From assembly GCA_052390515.1 (NCBI GenBank), contig JBQTGV010000161.1, positions 1-21,251 on the forward strand: DNA of 21,251 nt. Direction: 5' to 3'. The notes beneath the pieces were generated by a model. That model ran no database searches, had not been told where the DNA came from, and saw nothing but the letters and a program-made list of their open reading frames with translations. The stretch comes from Candidatus Eiseniibacteriota bacterium (GTDB lineage Bacteria > ARS69). The position numbers and the translations under genes are program-made. Below, piece after piece: positions 7,314 to 15,910 of this stretch. How positions within the stretch are numbered: the first letter of the stretch is position 1; each line of letters starts with the position of its first letter.

Positions 7314-8974
7314 GCCGGCTCTCCCGCGGGTACGCGGCCGGCCGGAGCCGGCTCCTCGGCGTCGGCCTCGTCGCCCTCCGCGAAGCGCAGCGCGGCCTTC
7401 ACGAATCCGGAGAAGAGCGGATGCGGGGCACCCGGACGCGAGCGGAACTCGGGATGGAACTGACACGAGACGAACCACGGGTGCGCGGGCAGCTCCAGGA
7501 TCTCCACCAACCCCTTCTCCGGCCATCGCCCGCTGAACACCACCCCGTTCTCCTCGAACGCCTTCTCGTACTTCTTGCTGAATTCGTAGCGGTGGCGGTG
7601 CCGCTCGAGCACGCGCTCCACTCCGTAGCACTCCATGGCGCGGGTGCCCGGCCGGAGCTCGCAGTCGTACGCGCCGAGGCGCATGGTCGCGCCCTTGTCG
7701 ACGATCCGCTTCTGCTCCGGGAGCAGGTCGATGACGGGGTCGGCCACGTCCACTCCGAACTCCGACGAGCCCGCTCCCGAGAGCCCCAGCACGTTGCGGG
7801 CGATCTCGATGGCCGCGACCTGCAGGCCGAGACAGATCCCCAGGTACGGCACGTGCTTCTCTCTGGCGAAGCGCACGGCCTCGATCTTGCCGGCGATCCC
7901 GCGAGAGCCGAAGCCGCCCGGCACGAGGATGCCGTCGAACGCTCCGAGGGTCGCGTCGACCGTGTCGCGCGTCAGCGACTCCGCATCCACCCAGCGGATG
8001 TCCACGGCGGCGCCGTGCTCCACCCCGGCCAGGAAGAGCGACTCGCCGATGGACTTGTATGCGTCCTTGAGATCCACGTACTTCCCGCAAATGGCGATGC
8101 GCAAAGGCGTCCGCGCCGCCTCGACACGGGCCAGGAAGCTCTCCCAGTGGGCGAAGTCCAGGTCCTGCTCGGGCAGTCCGAGCTTGCGCCCCACGATGCG
8201 GTGCAGACCGGCGGCGGCGAAGTTGCGCGGCACCTCGTAGATGCTGGAGACGTCGGGCGCGGCGATCACCGCATCCCGCTCCACGCTCGAGTAGAGCGCG
8301 AGCTTCTCGCGGATGCTGTCCGGGATGGGGCGATCGGTGCGGCACAGCAGGATGTCCGGCTGGATGCCGATCTGGCGCAGCTCGCGCACGGAGTGCTGCG
8401 TCGGCTTGGTCTTCAGCTCGTCGGCGGAGGCGATGAAGGGCAGCAGCGTGACGTGCAGGAAGACGAGGTTCGACGTACCCACATCCAGACGCAGCTGGCG
8501 AACCGCCTCCAGGAACGGCAGGCTCTCGATGTCGCCGACGGTGCCGCCGACCTCGACGATGACCACGTCGCGGCGGCCCTCCCGCGAGAGCTTGGTGATG
8601 CGGTCCTTGATCTCGTCGGTGATGTGCGGGATCACCTGCACGGTCCCGCCCAGGAACTCGCCGCGGCGCTCCATCTGGATCACGCGGTGATAGATCTGGC
8701 CCGACGTGACGTTGTTGTCCCGGCCGAAGGGCTGGTCCAGGAAGCGCTCGTAATGCCCGAGGTCGAGGTCCGTCTCGGCGCCGTCGTCGGTGACGAAGAC
8801 CTCGCCGTGCTGGAACGGGTTCATCGTCCCGGGGTCCACGTTGATGTACGGATCGAGCTTCAAGAGATCCACGGAGAATCCCTGGCACTTGAGCAGGCGG
8901 CCCAGCGAGGCCGCCGCCACTCCCTTGCCCAGGGAGGAAACGACTCCCCCCGTCACGATCACGTACTTCGTCAC
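7310..8974 (-). CDS. pyrG: CTP synthase
   Basis: GTG 8974 gives MTKYVIVTGGVVSSLGKG; KLDPYINVDPGTMNPFQHGEVFV, KTKPTQHSV, GICLG, RHRHRYE, QFHPEF. Confidence 0.99.
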   Translation of the reverse strand: MTKYVIVTGGVVSSLGKGVAAASLGRLLKCQGFSVDLLKLDPYINVDPGTMNPFQHGEVFVTDDGAETDLDLGHYERFLDQPFGRDNNVTSGQIYHRVIQMERRGEFLGGTVQVIPHITDEIKDRITKLSREGRRDVVIVEVGGTVGDIESLPFLEAVRQLRLDVGTSNLVFLHVTLLPFIASADELKTKPTQHSVRELRQIGIQPDILLCRTDRPIPDSIREKLALYSSVERDAVIAAPDVSSIYEVPRNFAAAGLHRIVGRKLGLPEQDLDFAHWESFLARVEAARTPLRIAICGKYVDLKDAYKSIGESLFLAGVEHGAAVDIRWVDAESLTRDTVDATLGAFDGILVPGGFGSRGIAGKIEAVRFAREKHVPYLGICLGLQVAAIEIARNVLGLSGAGSSEFGVDVADPVIDLLPEQKRIVDKGATMRLGAYDCELRPGTRAMECYGVERVLERHRHRYEFSKKYEKAFEENGVVFSGRWPEKGLVEILELPAHPWFVSCQFHPEFRSRPGAPHPLFSGFVKAALRFAEGDEADAEEPAPAGRVPAGEPA

Positions 8975-9738
8975 CGGGCCACCCCCTCTCTCCTCGCCAT
9001 GACGGCCTCCACCTTCGCCACGTCCTCCGGAACCTCGACGCACAGCGGTGTCTCCGGAATCTCCACGACCCGGATCCTCCAACCCAGCGCGAGGGCGCGC
9101 AACTGCTCCAGATCCTCCAGCGCCTCGAGCCCCCCCCGCGGCTCGGCCACGAAGCGCTCCAGCGCCGCCCGCCGGAACCCGTAGGTGCCGACGTGCTTCC
9201 AGCCCTCGGGCTCGCGTCCATCGGGCCCCAGGGGCGAAGCTCCCGCGCCGAGGTTTCGCCACGGAATCGGCGCGCGAGAGAAGTAGAGCGCATCGCCCCG
9301 GCCGTCCACGACGATCTTCGCCCGCATGGGGTCGTTGCGGTCCTGCTCCGACACGCCGCGCACGCCGAGCGTCGCCATGCGCACGTCCGGGTCGTCGAAC
9401 GCCGCCGCCAGGCGGTCCACCGCTTCCGCGCGAAGCATCGGTTCGTCCCCCTGCAGGTTCAGCACCACGTCCGCTGCGCTCCCGGCCACCGCCTCGGCGA
9501 CGCGGTCCGTGCCGGTCGCATGGTCCGCGCGCGTCATCTTCACGGCCGCTCCGGCGTCCCGCGCCGCCGCGGCGATCCGCTCATCGTCCGTCGCCACCAG
9601 CACCTCGTCCACGCGCCGGGCGCGACCGGCTGCTTCCACCACCCACGCGATCATCGGGCGTCCGAGGATCGGCGCGACCGCCTTCCCCGGGAAGCGGCGG
9701 CTCCCCCACCGCGCCGGGATCACCGCGACGACGCGCAT
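8971..9738 (-). CDS. kdsB: CMP-KDO synthetase (3-deoxy-manno-octulosonate cytidylyltransferase)
   Basis: ATG 9738 with GGAGG RBS gives MRVVAVIPARWGSRRFPGK; ATDDERI, TGTDR, NLQGDEP, ALYFSRAPIP, LEQLRAL. Confidence 0.95.
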   Translation of the reverse strand: MRVVAVIPARWGSRRFPGKAVAPILGRPMIAWVVEAAGRARRVDEVLVATDDERIAAAARDAGAAVKMTRADHATGTDRVAEAVAGSAADVVLNLQGDEPMLRAEAVDRLAAAFDDPDVRMATLGVRGVSEQDRNDPMRAKIVVDGRGDALYFSRAPIPWRNLGAGASPLGPDGREPEGWKHVGTYGFRRAALERFVAEPRGGLEALEDLEQLRALALGWRIRVVEIPETPLCVEVPEDVAKVEAVMARREGVAR

Positions 9739-9771
9739 GGGCCGTCCTCCACGGCGAGGGGCCCGAAAGCG

Positions 9772-9823
9772 GAGAGGCCGCCCCGTCCCCCCCGGCGGAC
9801 CGGCTGGGGAGAGGCGGCCTCTC
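9772..9823 (-). terminator. Strong stem-loop downstream of rpmA (possible terminator or processing structure)
   Basis: Perfect 11-bp inverted repeat GAGAGGCCGCC (9772-9782) / GGCGGCCTCTC (9813-9823) with extendable inner pairing. Only a weak U tract (CGCTTT) follows on the minus strand. Confidence 0.5.
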
Positions 9824-9883
9824 GTTGAGCCGCGTTCTTTCGCGTCGATCGTCCCGTCAGCGGACGACCCTCCGTTTCCGCGC

Positions 9884-10156
9884 CTAGCTGCTCTCCCCGG
9901 TCGCGACCGGGAGGACGCTGACGCGCTTGCGGTTCTTCCGGAAGCGCTCGAACAGCACCTTGCCGTCGATCCGCGTGTACAGCGTGTGATCGACTCCGAC
10001 ACCGACGTTGCGGCCGGGATGGATCCGGGTGCCGCGCTGGCGAACCAGGATCGATCCCGCGGTCACGTTCTGACCGGCGCCCACCTTGACGCCCAGCCGC
10101 TTCGAGTTGCTGTCGCGGCCGTTCCGGGAGCTTCCGCCGGCCTTTTTGTGCGCCAT
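9884..10156 (-). CDS. rpmA: 50S ribosomal protein L27
   Basis: [24 protein letters not shown]...ILVRQRGT. Confidence 0.99.
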   Translation of the reverse strand: MAHKKAGGSSRNGRDSNSKRLGVKVGAGQNVTAGSILVRQRGTRIHPGRNVGVGVDHTLYTRIDGKVLFERFRKNRKRVSVLPVATGESS

Positions 10157-10170
10157 GGGTGCCTCTCCCT

Positions 10171-10485
10171 CTACTTCGCGACGATCTTCGTCACGCGGAT
10201 CTCGGTGAAGTGCTGCCGGTGACCCTGGCGCTTCTGGTACCGCTTCCGCCGCTTCTTGTGGAACACCAGGATCTTCGGCTCGCGGCCCTGGGCGACGACT
10301 TCCGCCACGACCTTGGCGCCGGCCACGTGAGGCCGCCCCACGGTGGTGCCGGAGTCCCCTTGCACCAGGAGGACCTGGTCGAGCTCCACCTTGCCGCCGA
10401 CGGCCGCGTCGAGCTTCGGAATGCGGAAGGTCTTGTCCGGTTCGAGGCGGAACTGCCGGCCACCGGTCTGCACGACTGCGTACAC
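10171..10485 (-). CDS. rplU: 50S ribosomal protein L21
   Basis: GTG 10485 gives [12 protein letters not shown]...[26 protein letters not shown]. Confidence 0.98.
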   Translation of the reverse strand: MYAVVQTGGRQFRLEPDKTFRIPKLDAAVGGKVELDQVLLVQGDSGTTVGRPHVAGAKVVAEVVAQGREPKILVFHKKRRKRYQKRQGHRQHFTEIRVTKIVAK

Positions 10486-10523
10486 GAGTATCCTCGCTTT
10501 TTCGGCGGATCCCAAACCCGGGT

Positions 10524-10552
10524 ATTCAACGGGATTCGGCCCTGCCTGTCAA
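10524..10552 (-). promoter_or_regulatory. Sigma70-type promoter for rplU-rpmA
   Basis: Minus strand perfect TTGACA (10552-10547), 17-bp spacer, TTGAAT (10529-10524), about 40 bp upstream of rplU. Confidence 0.6.
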
Positions 10553-10618
10553 GAGGGCGGTTCCGAGGCTCGTTCCCCGGCGGAGGCAGTCGAGGTCCGG
10601 CGAACCCCGGGGGACTGC

Positions 10619-12730
10619 CTAGCGGCCCCTCACCAGGACGAGCTTCGCCGTTCGGCCGCCCCGGTCGCCCTCGAGCCGCGCGAAGTACACGCCTGCCGGA
10701 AGGGGCAGCCCGTCCCGGCTCGTTCCGCTCCACGTGACGCCGTACGCCCCCGGCCCTCGCCGCTCGTTCACCAGGCGATCGACGAGGCGTCCGGTCACGT
10801 CGAAGATCGAGAGCCGCACCGGGGACGCCTCCGGCAGCACGAACTCGAGGTGGGTCCTGGCGCCGAACGGGTTCGGCCGCGGCTCCCGGAGGTCGAAGGC
10901 GAGCGGGGCGCCCGATGCGACGGGTGCGGCGGTGACCGCCCTACCGGGAGAGCCGCCCAGGAAGCAGCCGTTCGCGCCGGACTCGCAGGGCACGCCACCC
11001 GCCGAGTCGAAGCCGCGGAAGCCGACGTCGGGAATCTCCTCGAAGTCCGTGCAATCGACGGCGGCCACCCGGCCGGAGTACTGGGACGGCACGAGACACA
11101 GCGATCCCCCCGGATCGTCCACGATCCAGTAGCCCATCAGGAAGTTCAGCTGGGTTCCCCGCTGGCACGGTGTGGCCAGCAGCAGCTCCGTCGCGTTTCC
11201 CGCGTTGAGCACACCGTTCACTGGCACGAACGCCACCGGTGCCAGCGTCCCCCCGACCCCCGTCTCGAACGCGGCGACCCCGGCGGGAGCACAGGTGACC
11301 CAGAGATACAGATTGCGGATCCCGTACGTGGGAGGACTCGTGTCGGCGAACGGATCGTTTGCGCTGGCGCTGATGGTGAAGTCGTAGACCTTGCTGCCAC
11401 TGACACCGAGGATGGCGAATTCGGTGATCGGGCCTTGCATGACCACCGTGGCGACGTCCGCGATGCCGGAGAACGACCCGGGTCCGGAGCCGATCCACTC
11501 GATCAGCGCGAACGGATCCCCAACGCTCGCGGTGATCGTCACCGAGCTGTTCTCCCGGAACCAGCCGCTCGCCGGTTGCACGGTGAGCCCCGGATCGGGC
11601 TGAATCTCCAGCCAGTGGTGCGCGCCGAAGGAGGCCGTCACGACGCCCGGGTCCGCGGGTACCACGAAGGAGTGCGAAAGCCCGCCGCCGTCGCTCCAGC
11701 CGATGAAGTCATAGACCGTCTGCCGATGAAAGTCGAACTTGCGAAGCGTCTCGATCTGATGCGTCTCGCCCTCGACCCAGTCGAACTGCACGGGAGCCGT
11801 GTAGCGGACGCCGTCGACGGCGACCTGGAGCCCCGGCGGGTCGGTCGCGATCACCGTGGCGAAGCTGAACTGCTGGACGCGGCTGCCCGCCGTGTCCACG
11901 ACGTACGCGCGACCGTTAGAGATGTCGAGGTCCTTGGCGCAGGCGAACTGTCCCTCCGCGCTCCCGCGAGATCCCCAGCTCGTCAGGAATTGGCCATCCC
12001 CGGTGTACGCGTCCACTTGGTAACAGGACACGACGAAGACCGTGCCGTGCGCGTCGACGCAGACGCCCCATGCGACCACCGGCCACTCCGTGAGGTACGC
12101 TCCCGCGGCAGTGAATCGTTGTACCCTGGTTCCGTCGGCGATGAAGACGTCTCCGTCGGGCGCCAAGGCGACTCCCCGGACGTCTCGGAATTGCCCGGGT
12201 CCGCTTCCGAATCCGCCCCAGGTCGTGATGAGGGATCCGTCGCGAGCGAAGTGGTGGACGGACCAGAGGTCAGCCACGTAGACGGCACCGTTCGCGTCGA
12301 CGTCGACGGACCGGGGACTGCCGAGCTGCCCGACCGAGATCTCGTCGAGCGGTGCCCCGCTCGGGTCGAATCGGAGGACCTTCTTCGCCGAAAGGTCGAG
12401 GAAGTACACCGACCCATCCGGACCGATAGCCAAGTCTTCGCCCCACGCGACCGGCCACTTCCTCAGGTAGCGCCCGTCGCCGTCGAACACCTGGATGCGG
12501 CGATTCATCGAATCGACGACGTAGACGTTCCCGTCCGGCCCCACCTCGACACCGCCCGGGAACGCCAACTGGCCCGGACCGGAGCCACCGAAGCACCAGT
12601 CGAAGGCCCACGGCACGCAGCCCTCGTCACCCCAGCTGTTAACGAAGATCGGCGGGCCCATTGCGGGTGCCGCCGCGGGAATCAGCGCGGCTGCCAGAAC
12701 GACGGAGCAGAGGACGTTCGATCCCGCCAC
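10619..12730 (-). CDS. Secreted NHL-repeat beta-propeller protein with Ig-like repeats, a Cys-rich domain and a C-terminal FlgD-Ig/T9SS-CTD-like domain
   Basis: GTG 12730 with GGAGG RBS; signal peptide VLAAALIPAAAPA; NHL repeats (GPGQLAFPGGVEVGPDGNVYVVDSMNRRIQVFD, WGGFGSGPGQFRDVRGVA); C-terminus PNPF..VRLSIFDVTGRLVDRL..W.G..G..LPAGVYFARL..KLVLVR. Confidence 0.85.
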   Translation of the reverse strand: MAGSNVLCSVVLAAALIPAAAPAMGPPIFVNSWGDEGCVPWAFDWCFGGSGPGQLAFPGGVEVGPDGNVYVVDSMNRRIQVFDGDGRYLRKWPVAWGEDLAIGPDGSVYFLDLSAKKVLRFDPSGAPLDEISVGQLGSPRSVDVDANGAVYVADLWSVHHFARDGSLITTWGGFGSGPGQFRDVRGVALAPDGDVFIADGTRVQRFTAAGAYLTEWPVVAWGVCVDAHGTVFVVSCYQVDAYTGDGQFLTSWGSRGSAEGQFACAKDLDISNGRAYVVDTAGSRVQQFSFATVIATDPPGLQVAVDGVRYTAPVQFDWVEGETHQIETLRKFDFHRQTVYDFIGWSDGGGLSHSFVVPADPGVVTASFGAHHWLEIQPDPGLTVQPASGWFRENSSVTITASVGDPFALIEWIGSGPGSFSGIADVATVVMQGPITEFAILGVSGSKVYDFTISASANDPFADTSPPTYGIRNLYLWVTCAPAGVAAFETGVGGTLAPVAFVPVNGVLNAGNATELLLATPCQRGTQLNFLMGYWIVDDPGGSLCLVPSQYSGRVAAVDCTDFEEIPDVGFRGFDSAGGVPCESGANGCFLGGSPGRAVTAAPVASGAPLAFDLREPRPNPFGARTHLEFVLPEASPVRLSIFDVTGRLVDRLVNERRGPGAYGVTWSGTSRDGLPLPAGVYFARLEGDRGGRTAKLVLVRGR

Positions 12731-12757
12731 CGTGCCCTCCCCGTTCGGGACGGCCAA

Positions 12758-12786
12758 AGTATGTTCGGCCGTCCCCGAGTCGTCCA
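12758..12786 (-). promoter_or_regulatory. Candidate sigma70 promoter for the NHL gene, with its -10 inside an inverted repeat
   Basis: Minus strand TGGACG (12786-12781), 17-bp spacer, CATACT (12763-12758). Flanked by GGGACGGCC (12747-12755) and GGCCGTCCC (12767-12775). Confidence 0.45.
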
Positions 12787-12807
12787 CCAGAAGCGCGAAC
12801 GTCCGGC

Positions 12808-14484
12808 TCAGGCGAACTTCTCGGTGACCTCCCGCCCCTCCGGATCCAGCACCTTGATGTCGTCGTGGTGCAGCTTCCGGTCCTCGCGGACGTCGCAGGC
12901 CACGTCGTAGCGGTCTTCGATCGCGGCGATGCGATCGAACCCGGCCTCCAGAAGGAAGTGCGCGCGAGCCGGATGTACCTGCAGCTCGATCCGCGGCAGC
13001 ATGGAGTTTCGCCCCACGCGGCGCACGATGCGCTCCACGCGCGTCAGGAATGCGTCCTCAGTCAGCACGCGACCCGTCCCCTCGCAGTCCGGACAGGCCA
13101 CCGAGTAGTACGACGACATCGCCGGGCCGACGCGCTGGCGGGTCATCTCCACGAGCCCCAGCTCGGACACCGGGAACGTCTTGGTGCGCGCGCGGTCCTT
13201 GCGCAGGTAACGCCGCAGCTCCTCGAGCACGGCGGCCCGGTTCTCCTCGCTGGCCATGTCGATGAAGTCGATGATGATGAGTCCCCCGATATCGCGGAGA
13301 CGCAGCTGCCGCGGGATCTCCTTCGCCGCCTCGAGGTTGCAGCGGAAGATGGTCTCTTCCTGATCCGACTTGCCCTTGTACCGGCCGGTGTTGATGTCGA
13401 CGGCGATGAGCGCCTCGGTCTGATCGATGCACAGATAGCCGCCTTTCTTGAGCCACACCTTGCGATGCATCGTCTTCTCGATCTCCGGCTCGATGTCGAA
13501 GGAGTCGTAGATCGGCACCTCGTCCTCGTACAGTTCGATGCGGTCGGCCAGCTCCCCCGAGATGGACTCGACGTACTCGACGATGCGCTCGTACTCCCCA
13601 CCGTCGTCGACGACGACGCGGTCGAACTTGTCGGAGAAGACGTCGCGGATGAGGCCGGTGGTGATCGAGAGATCCCGGTGGATGAGCGCCGGCGCCTTCT
13701 CGGTCGCCGAGTCCCGCTGGATCTTCTTCCAGATCTCGTGCAGGTACTTGATGTCGTTGGCGAACGACTCCTCCGGTTCGCCGGAGCCCACGGTCCGGGT
13801 GATCAGGCCGCAGCCCTCGGGCCTGTACTGCTGGATGATCCTGCGCAGCCGGGCGCGCTCGGTGCGGTCCTCGATCTTGCGGGACACCCCGATGTGATCC
13901 ATGCCCGGCATCAGCACGACGAATCGGCCGGGCAGCGTGATCTGTGCGGTCACGCGCGGGCCCTTGGTTCCGATCGGCTCCTTCATCACCTGCACGAGGA
14001 GCTCGTCGCCCTTCTTGACCTGCTCCTCGATGGGGACGCGGGGACCGTTGCCCTTGCGCTGCCTCCCGCCCCCTTCCTCCTCCTCCTCGACATCGAACTC
14101 GGCGAGGTCCGGATTCAGGTCGGAGACGTGCAGGAACGCGCCCTTCTCGAGCCCGATGTCCAGGAAGGCGGCCTGGATTCCAGGCAGCACCGCGGTGACC
14201 TTGCCCTTGAACACGTCGCCGACGATGCGGCGCTGGTCGGCGCGCTCGACGAGGAACTCGACGACCTGCCCGTTCTCCACGATAGCGACGCGCGTCTGTC
14301 CCGGCTCGACCGAGACCACGAGCTCGCGGAAGGTGTCGTCCGGCCCCTGCGGGGTGGACCGGCTCCGGCGGGTGCTGCCCCCGCCACGAGTGCGCCGACG
14401 CGTGCCGCCGGAGCGACGTCGTCGCTTCCTCTCTTTCGACTCGTTGCGGGTCTCCTGCGTCTTCGTTCCGTCGTCCGAGGTCAC
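12808..14484 (-). CDS. rng: Ribonuclease E/G family endoribonuclease
   Basis: GTG 14484 with AAGGA RBS; S1 domain (GKVTAVLPGIQAAFLDIG, VQVMKEPIGTKGPRVT), DINTG, QLRLRDIGGLIIIDFIDM, GLVEMTRQR and Zn-link CPDCEGTG. RNase G-like length. Confidence 0.95.
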   Translation of the reverse strand: MTSDDGTKTQETRNESKERKRRRRSGGTRRRTRGGGSTRRSRSTPQGPDDTFRELVVSVEPGQTRVAIVENGQVVEFLVERADQRRIVGDVFKGKVTAVLPGIQAAFLDIGLEKGAFLHVSDLNPDLAEFDVEEEEEGGGRQRKGNGPRVPIEEQVKKGDELLVQVMKEPIGTKGPRVTAQITLPGRFVVLMPGMDHIGVSRKIEDRTERARLRRIIQQYRPEGCGLITRTVGSGEPEESFANDIKYLHEIWKKIQRDSATEKAPALIHRDLSITTGLIRDVFSDKFDRVVVDDGGEYERIVEYVESISGELADRIELYEDEVPIYDSFDIEPEIEKTMHRKVWLKKGGYLCIDQTEALIAVDINTGRYKGKSDQEETIFRCNLEAAKEIPRQLRLRDIGGLIIIDFIDMASEENRAAVLEELRRYLRKDRARTKTFPVSELGLVEMTRQRVGPAMSSYYSVACPDCEGTGRVLTEDAFLTRVERIVRRVGRNSMLPRIELQVHPARAHFLLEAGFDRIAAIEDRYDVACDVREDRKLHHDDIKVLDPEGREVTEKFA

Positions 14485-15083
14485 GGGGCTTCCTTTCGGG
14501 GGGCGTACAGGCCCTGCGACCGGATGTACCGTTCCACCGGCTCGACGACGAGATAGCGGATCGTGTCGCCGTCCCGGACGCGGCGCCGGATCTCCGTCGA
14601 GGAGATTTCCAGCAGCGGCGTCGGTACGACGGTGGCGCGCGCGGCGACCGGCGCCGGCAACTGTTGCCGTTCCACGCCGGGCCGTCCCATCACCACCACG
14701 GTGGAGTCCCGCAGGATCTCTTCGTGTTCCCGCCAGGTCTCCAGGTCGCGGGCGGAGTCCGCCCCCATCATGAGGTAGTGCTCCGTGCCGCCGGGGTGTT
14801 CTTCCCGTAGGCGGCGGAGCGTTTCCACGGTGTACGAAGGTCCGTCCCGGCGGATCTCGACGTCGGACACCTCGAAGTGAGGGTTGTCCCGGACCGCCAG
14901 GTCGGTCATGCGAAAACGGTGCTCCGGAGAAGCGCTCGCGTCTCCCTTGTGCGGCGGCACGCGCGCCGGCACGAAGACGACACGATCGAGCCCGAGCGCT
15001 TCGTGCGTGAGCTCGGCCAGCACCAGGTGGCCGAGGTGAATCGGATCGAACGTCCCTCCGAAGATCCCGACGCGAAGGCTCAC
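14481..15083 (-). CDS. nadD: Nicotinate-nucleotide adenylyltransferase
   Basis: GTG 15083 gives MSLRVGIFGGTFDPIHLGHL; PPHK, SYTVETL, MGADS, ISSTEIR. Confidence 0.96.
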   Translation of the reverse strand: MSLRVGIFGGTFDPIHLGHLVLAELTHEALGLDRVVFVPARVPPHKGDASASPEHRFRMTDLAVRDNPHFEVSDVEIRRDGPSYTVETLRRLREEHPGGTEHYLMMGADSARDLETWREHEEILRDSTVVVMGRPGVERQQLPAPVAARATVVPTPLLEISSTEIRRRVRDGDTIRYLVVEPVERYIRSQGLYAPRKEAP

Positions 15084-15910
15084 GGCGAGCCCTCCCCGTC
15101 CGGACCTCGGGAGAGCGAGGGAGCACCGACTCCCTTCGCCAGGGCTTCGCGGGCCAGGACCGCTTCCGCCGATTCCGGCCATTCCTCGGCCACGCGGCGG
15201 TACCACGCTTCGGCGTCCTGCGCGCGCTCCCGCAGCTCGTACATCTGGGCGAGGCCGAGCGCGGCACGCGGCGCCCAGGTGGTTTCCGGGAAGCGCTCCA
15301 CGACGAACTTGTACTGGATCGCCGCGGGCTTCAATCGGCGGCGCTGTTCGTAGAAGCGGCCGCTCTCGTACTCGCCGTGGGAGAGACGCTCGCGCGCGTC
15401 GGCCACGGCACGATCCACGTCGGGCAGCCAGGCGCTCTCCGGGTAGTCCCGCCGGAAGTCTTCGAGGAGGCCGTGCGCCCTCTCCGTCTCGGTCTGGTCC
15501 AGGTACCAGGGCAGCGCGGAGGCCCACGAGCACCGGGCGATCTTCCAGCGAGCCTCCTCGACGTGCGGGGACGCCGGGAAGTCCGAGACGATCTCCTGGT
15601 ACTGCGCCTCGGCGAGCACGTACTCCTCGAGCCCGAAGCGCGCGTCGCCCAGCCGCAGCTTGGCCAGCGGCACGGAAGCCGTGCCGGGGTGCGTGCGGAG
15701 GAAGAACTCGAGCGCCTCGGCGGCGTCGAAGTACTCCTCCTCCGCGAGCTTGGCGTTCGCGTGAGTGAGGATGTCCTCGGGAGCGGCGTCCACGGGGAGA
15801 TCGTTCCCCGCGCATCCGCCCGAGAGCAGGATCAGGACGAGGAGCGCCCTCGCTCGAGCCGTCCAGCCGGAACGTCGCATCGGACCTCGCGTCGGTTCAT
15901 TCGCCGACAT
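15080..15910 (-). CDS. bamD: Outer membrane protein assembly factor BamD (TPR lipoprotein)
   Basis: Lipobox LLSGGC, TPR-like helices, LDQTETERA..F..DYPES, YESGRFYE..AA..Y..V...FPET. Alternative start at ATG 15880. Confidence 0.88.
   Translation of the reverse strand: MSANEPTRGPMRRSGWTARARALLVLILLSGGCAGNDLPVDAAPEDILTHANAKLAEEEYFDAAEALEFFLRTHPGTASVPLAKLRLGDARFGLEEYVLAEAQYQEIVSDFPASPHVEEARWKIARCSWASALPWYLDQTETERAHGLLEDFRRDYPESAWLPDVDRAVADARERLSHGEYESGRFYEQRRRLKPAAIQYKFVVERFPETTWAPRAALGLAQMYELRERAQDAEAWYRRVAEEWPESAEAVLAREALAKGVGAPSLSRGPDGEGSP

Noticed and set aside
8990-9050. KdsB C-terminal CVEVPED instead of the usual GVDTPED
   Set aside because: A conservative D-to-E change with the other motifs intact; not enough alone to claim altered function.
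6465-9293. Apparent 942-aa KdsA fusion
   Set aside because: The upstream ~660 aa is Arg/Pro/Gly-rich off-frame translation overlapping pyrG and kdsB. The real start is ATG 7313.
10486-10523. Possible L21 leader RNA upstream of rplU
   Set aside because: The leader would be only about 30 nt and I see no convincing structure or match.
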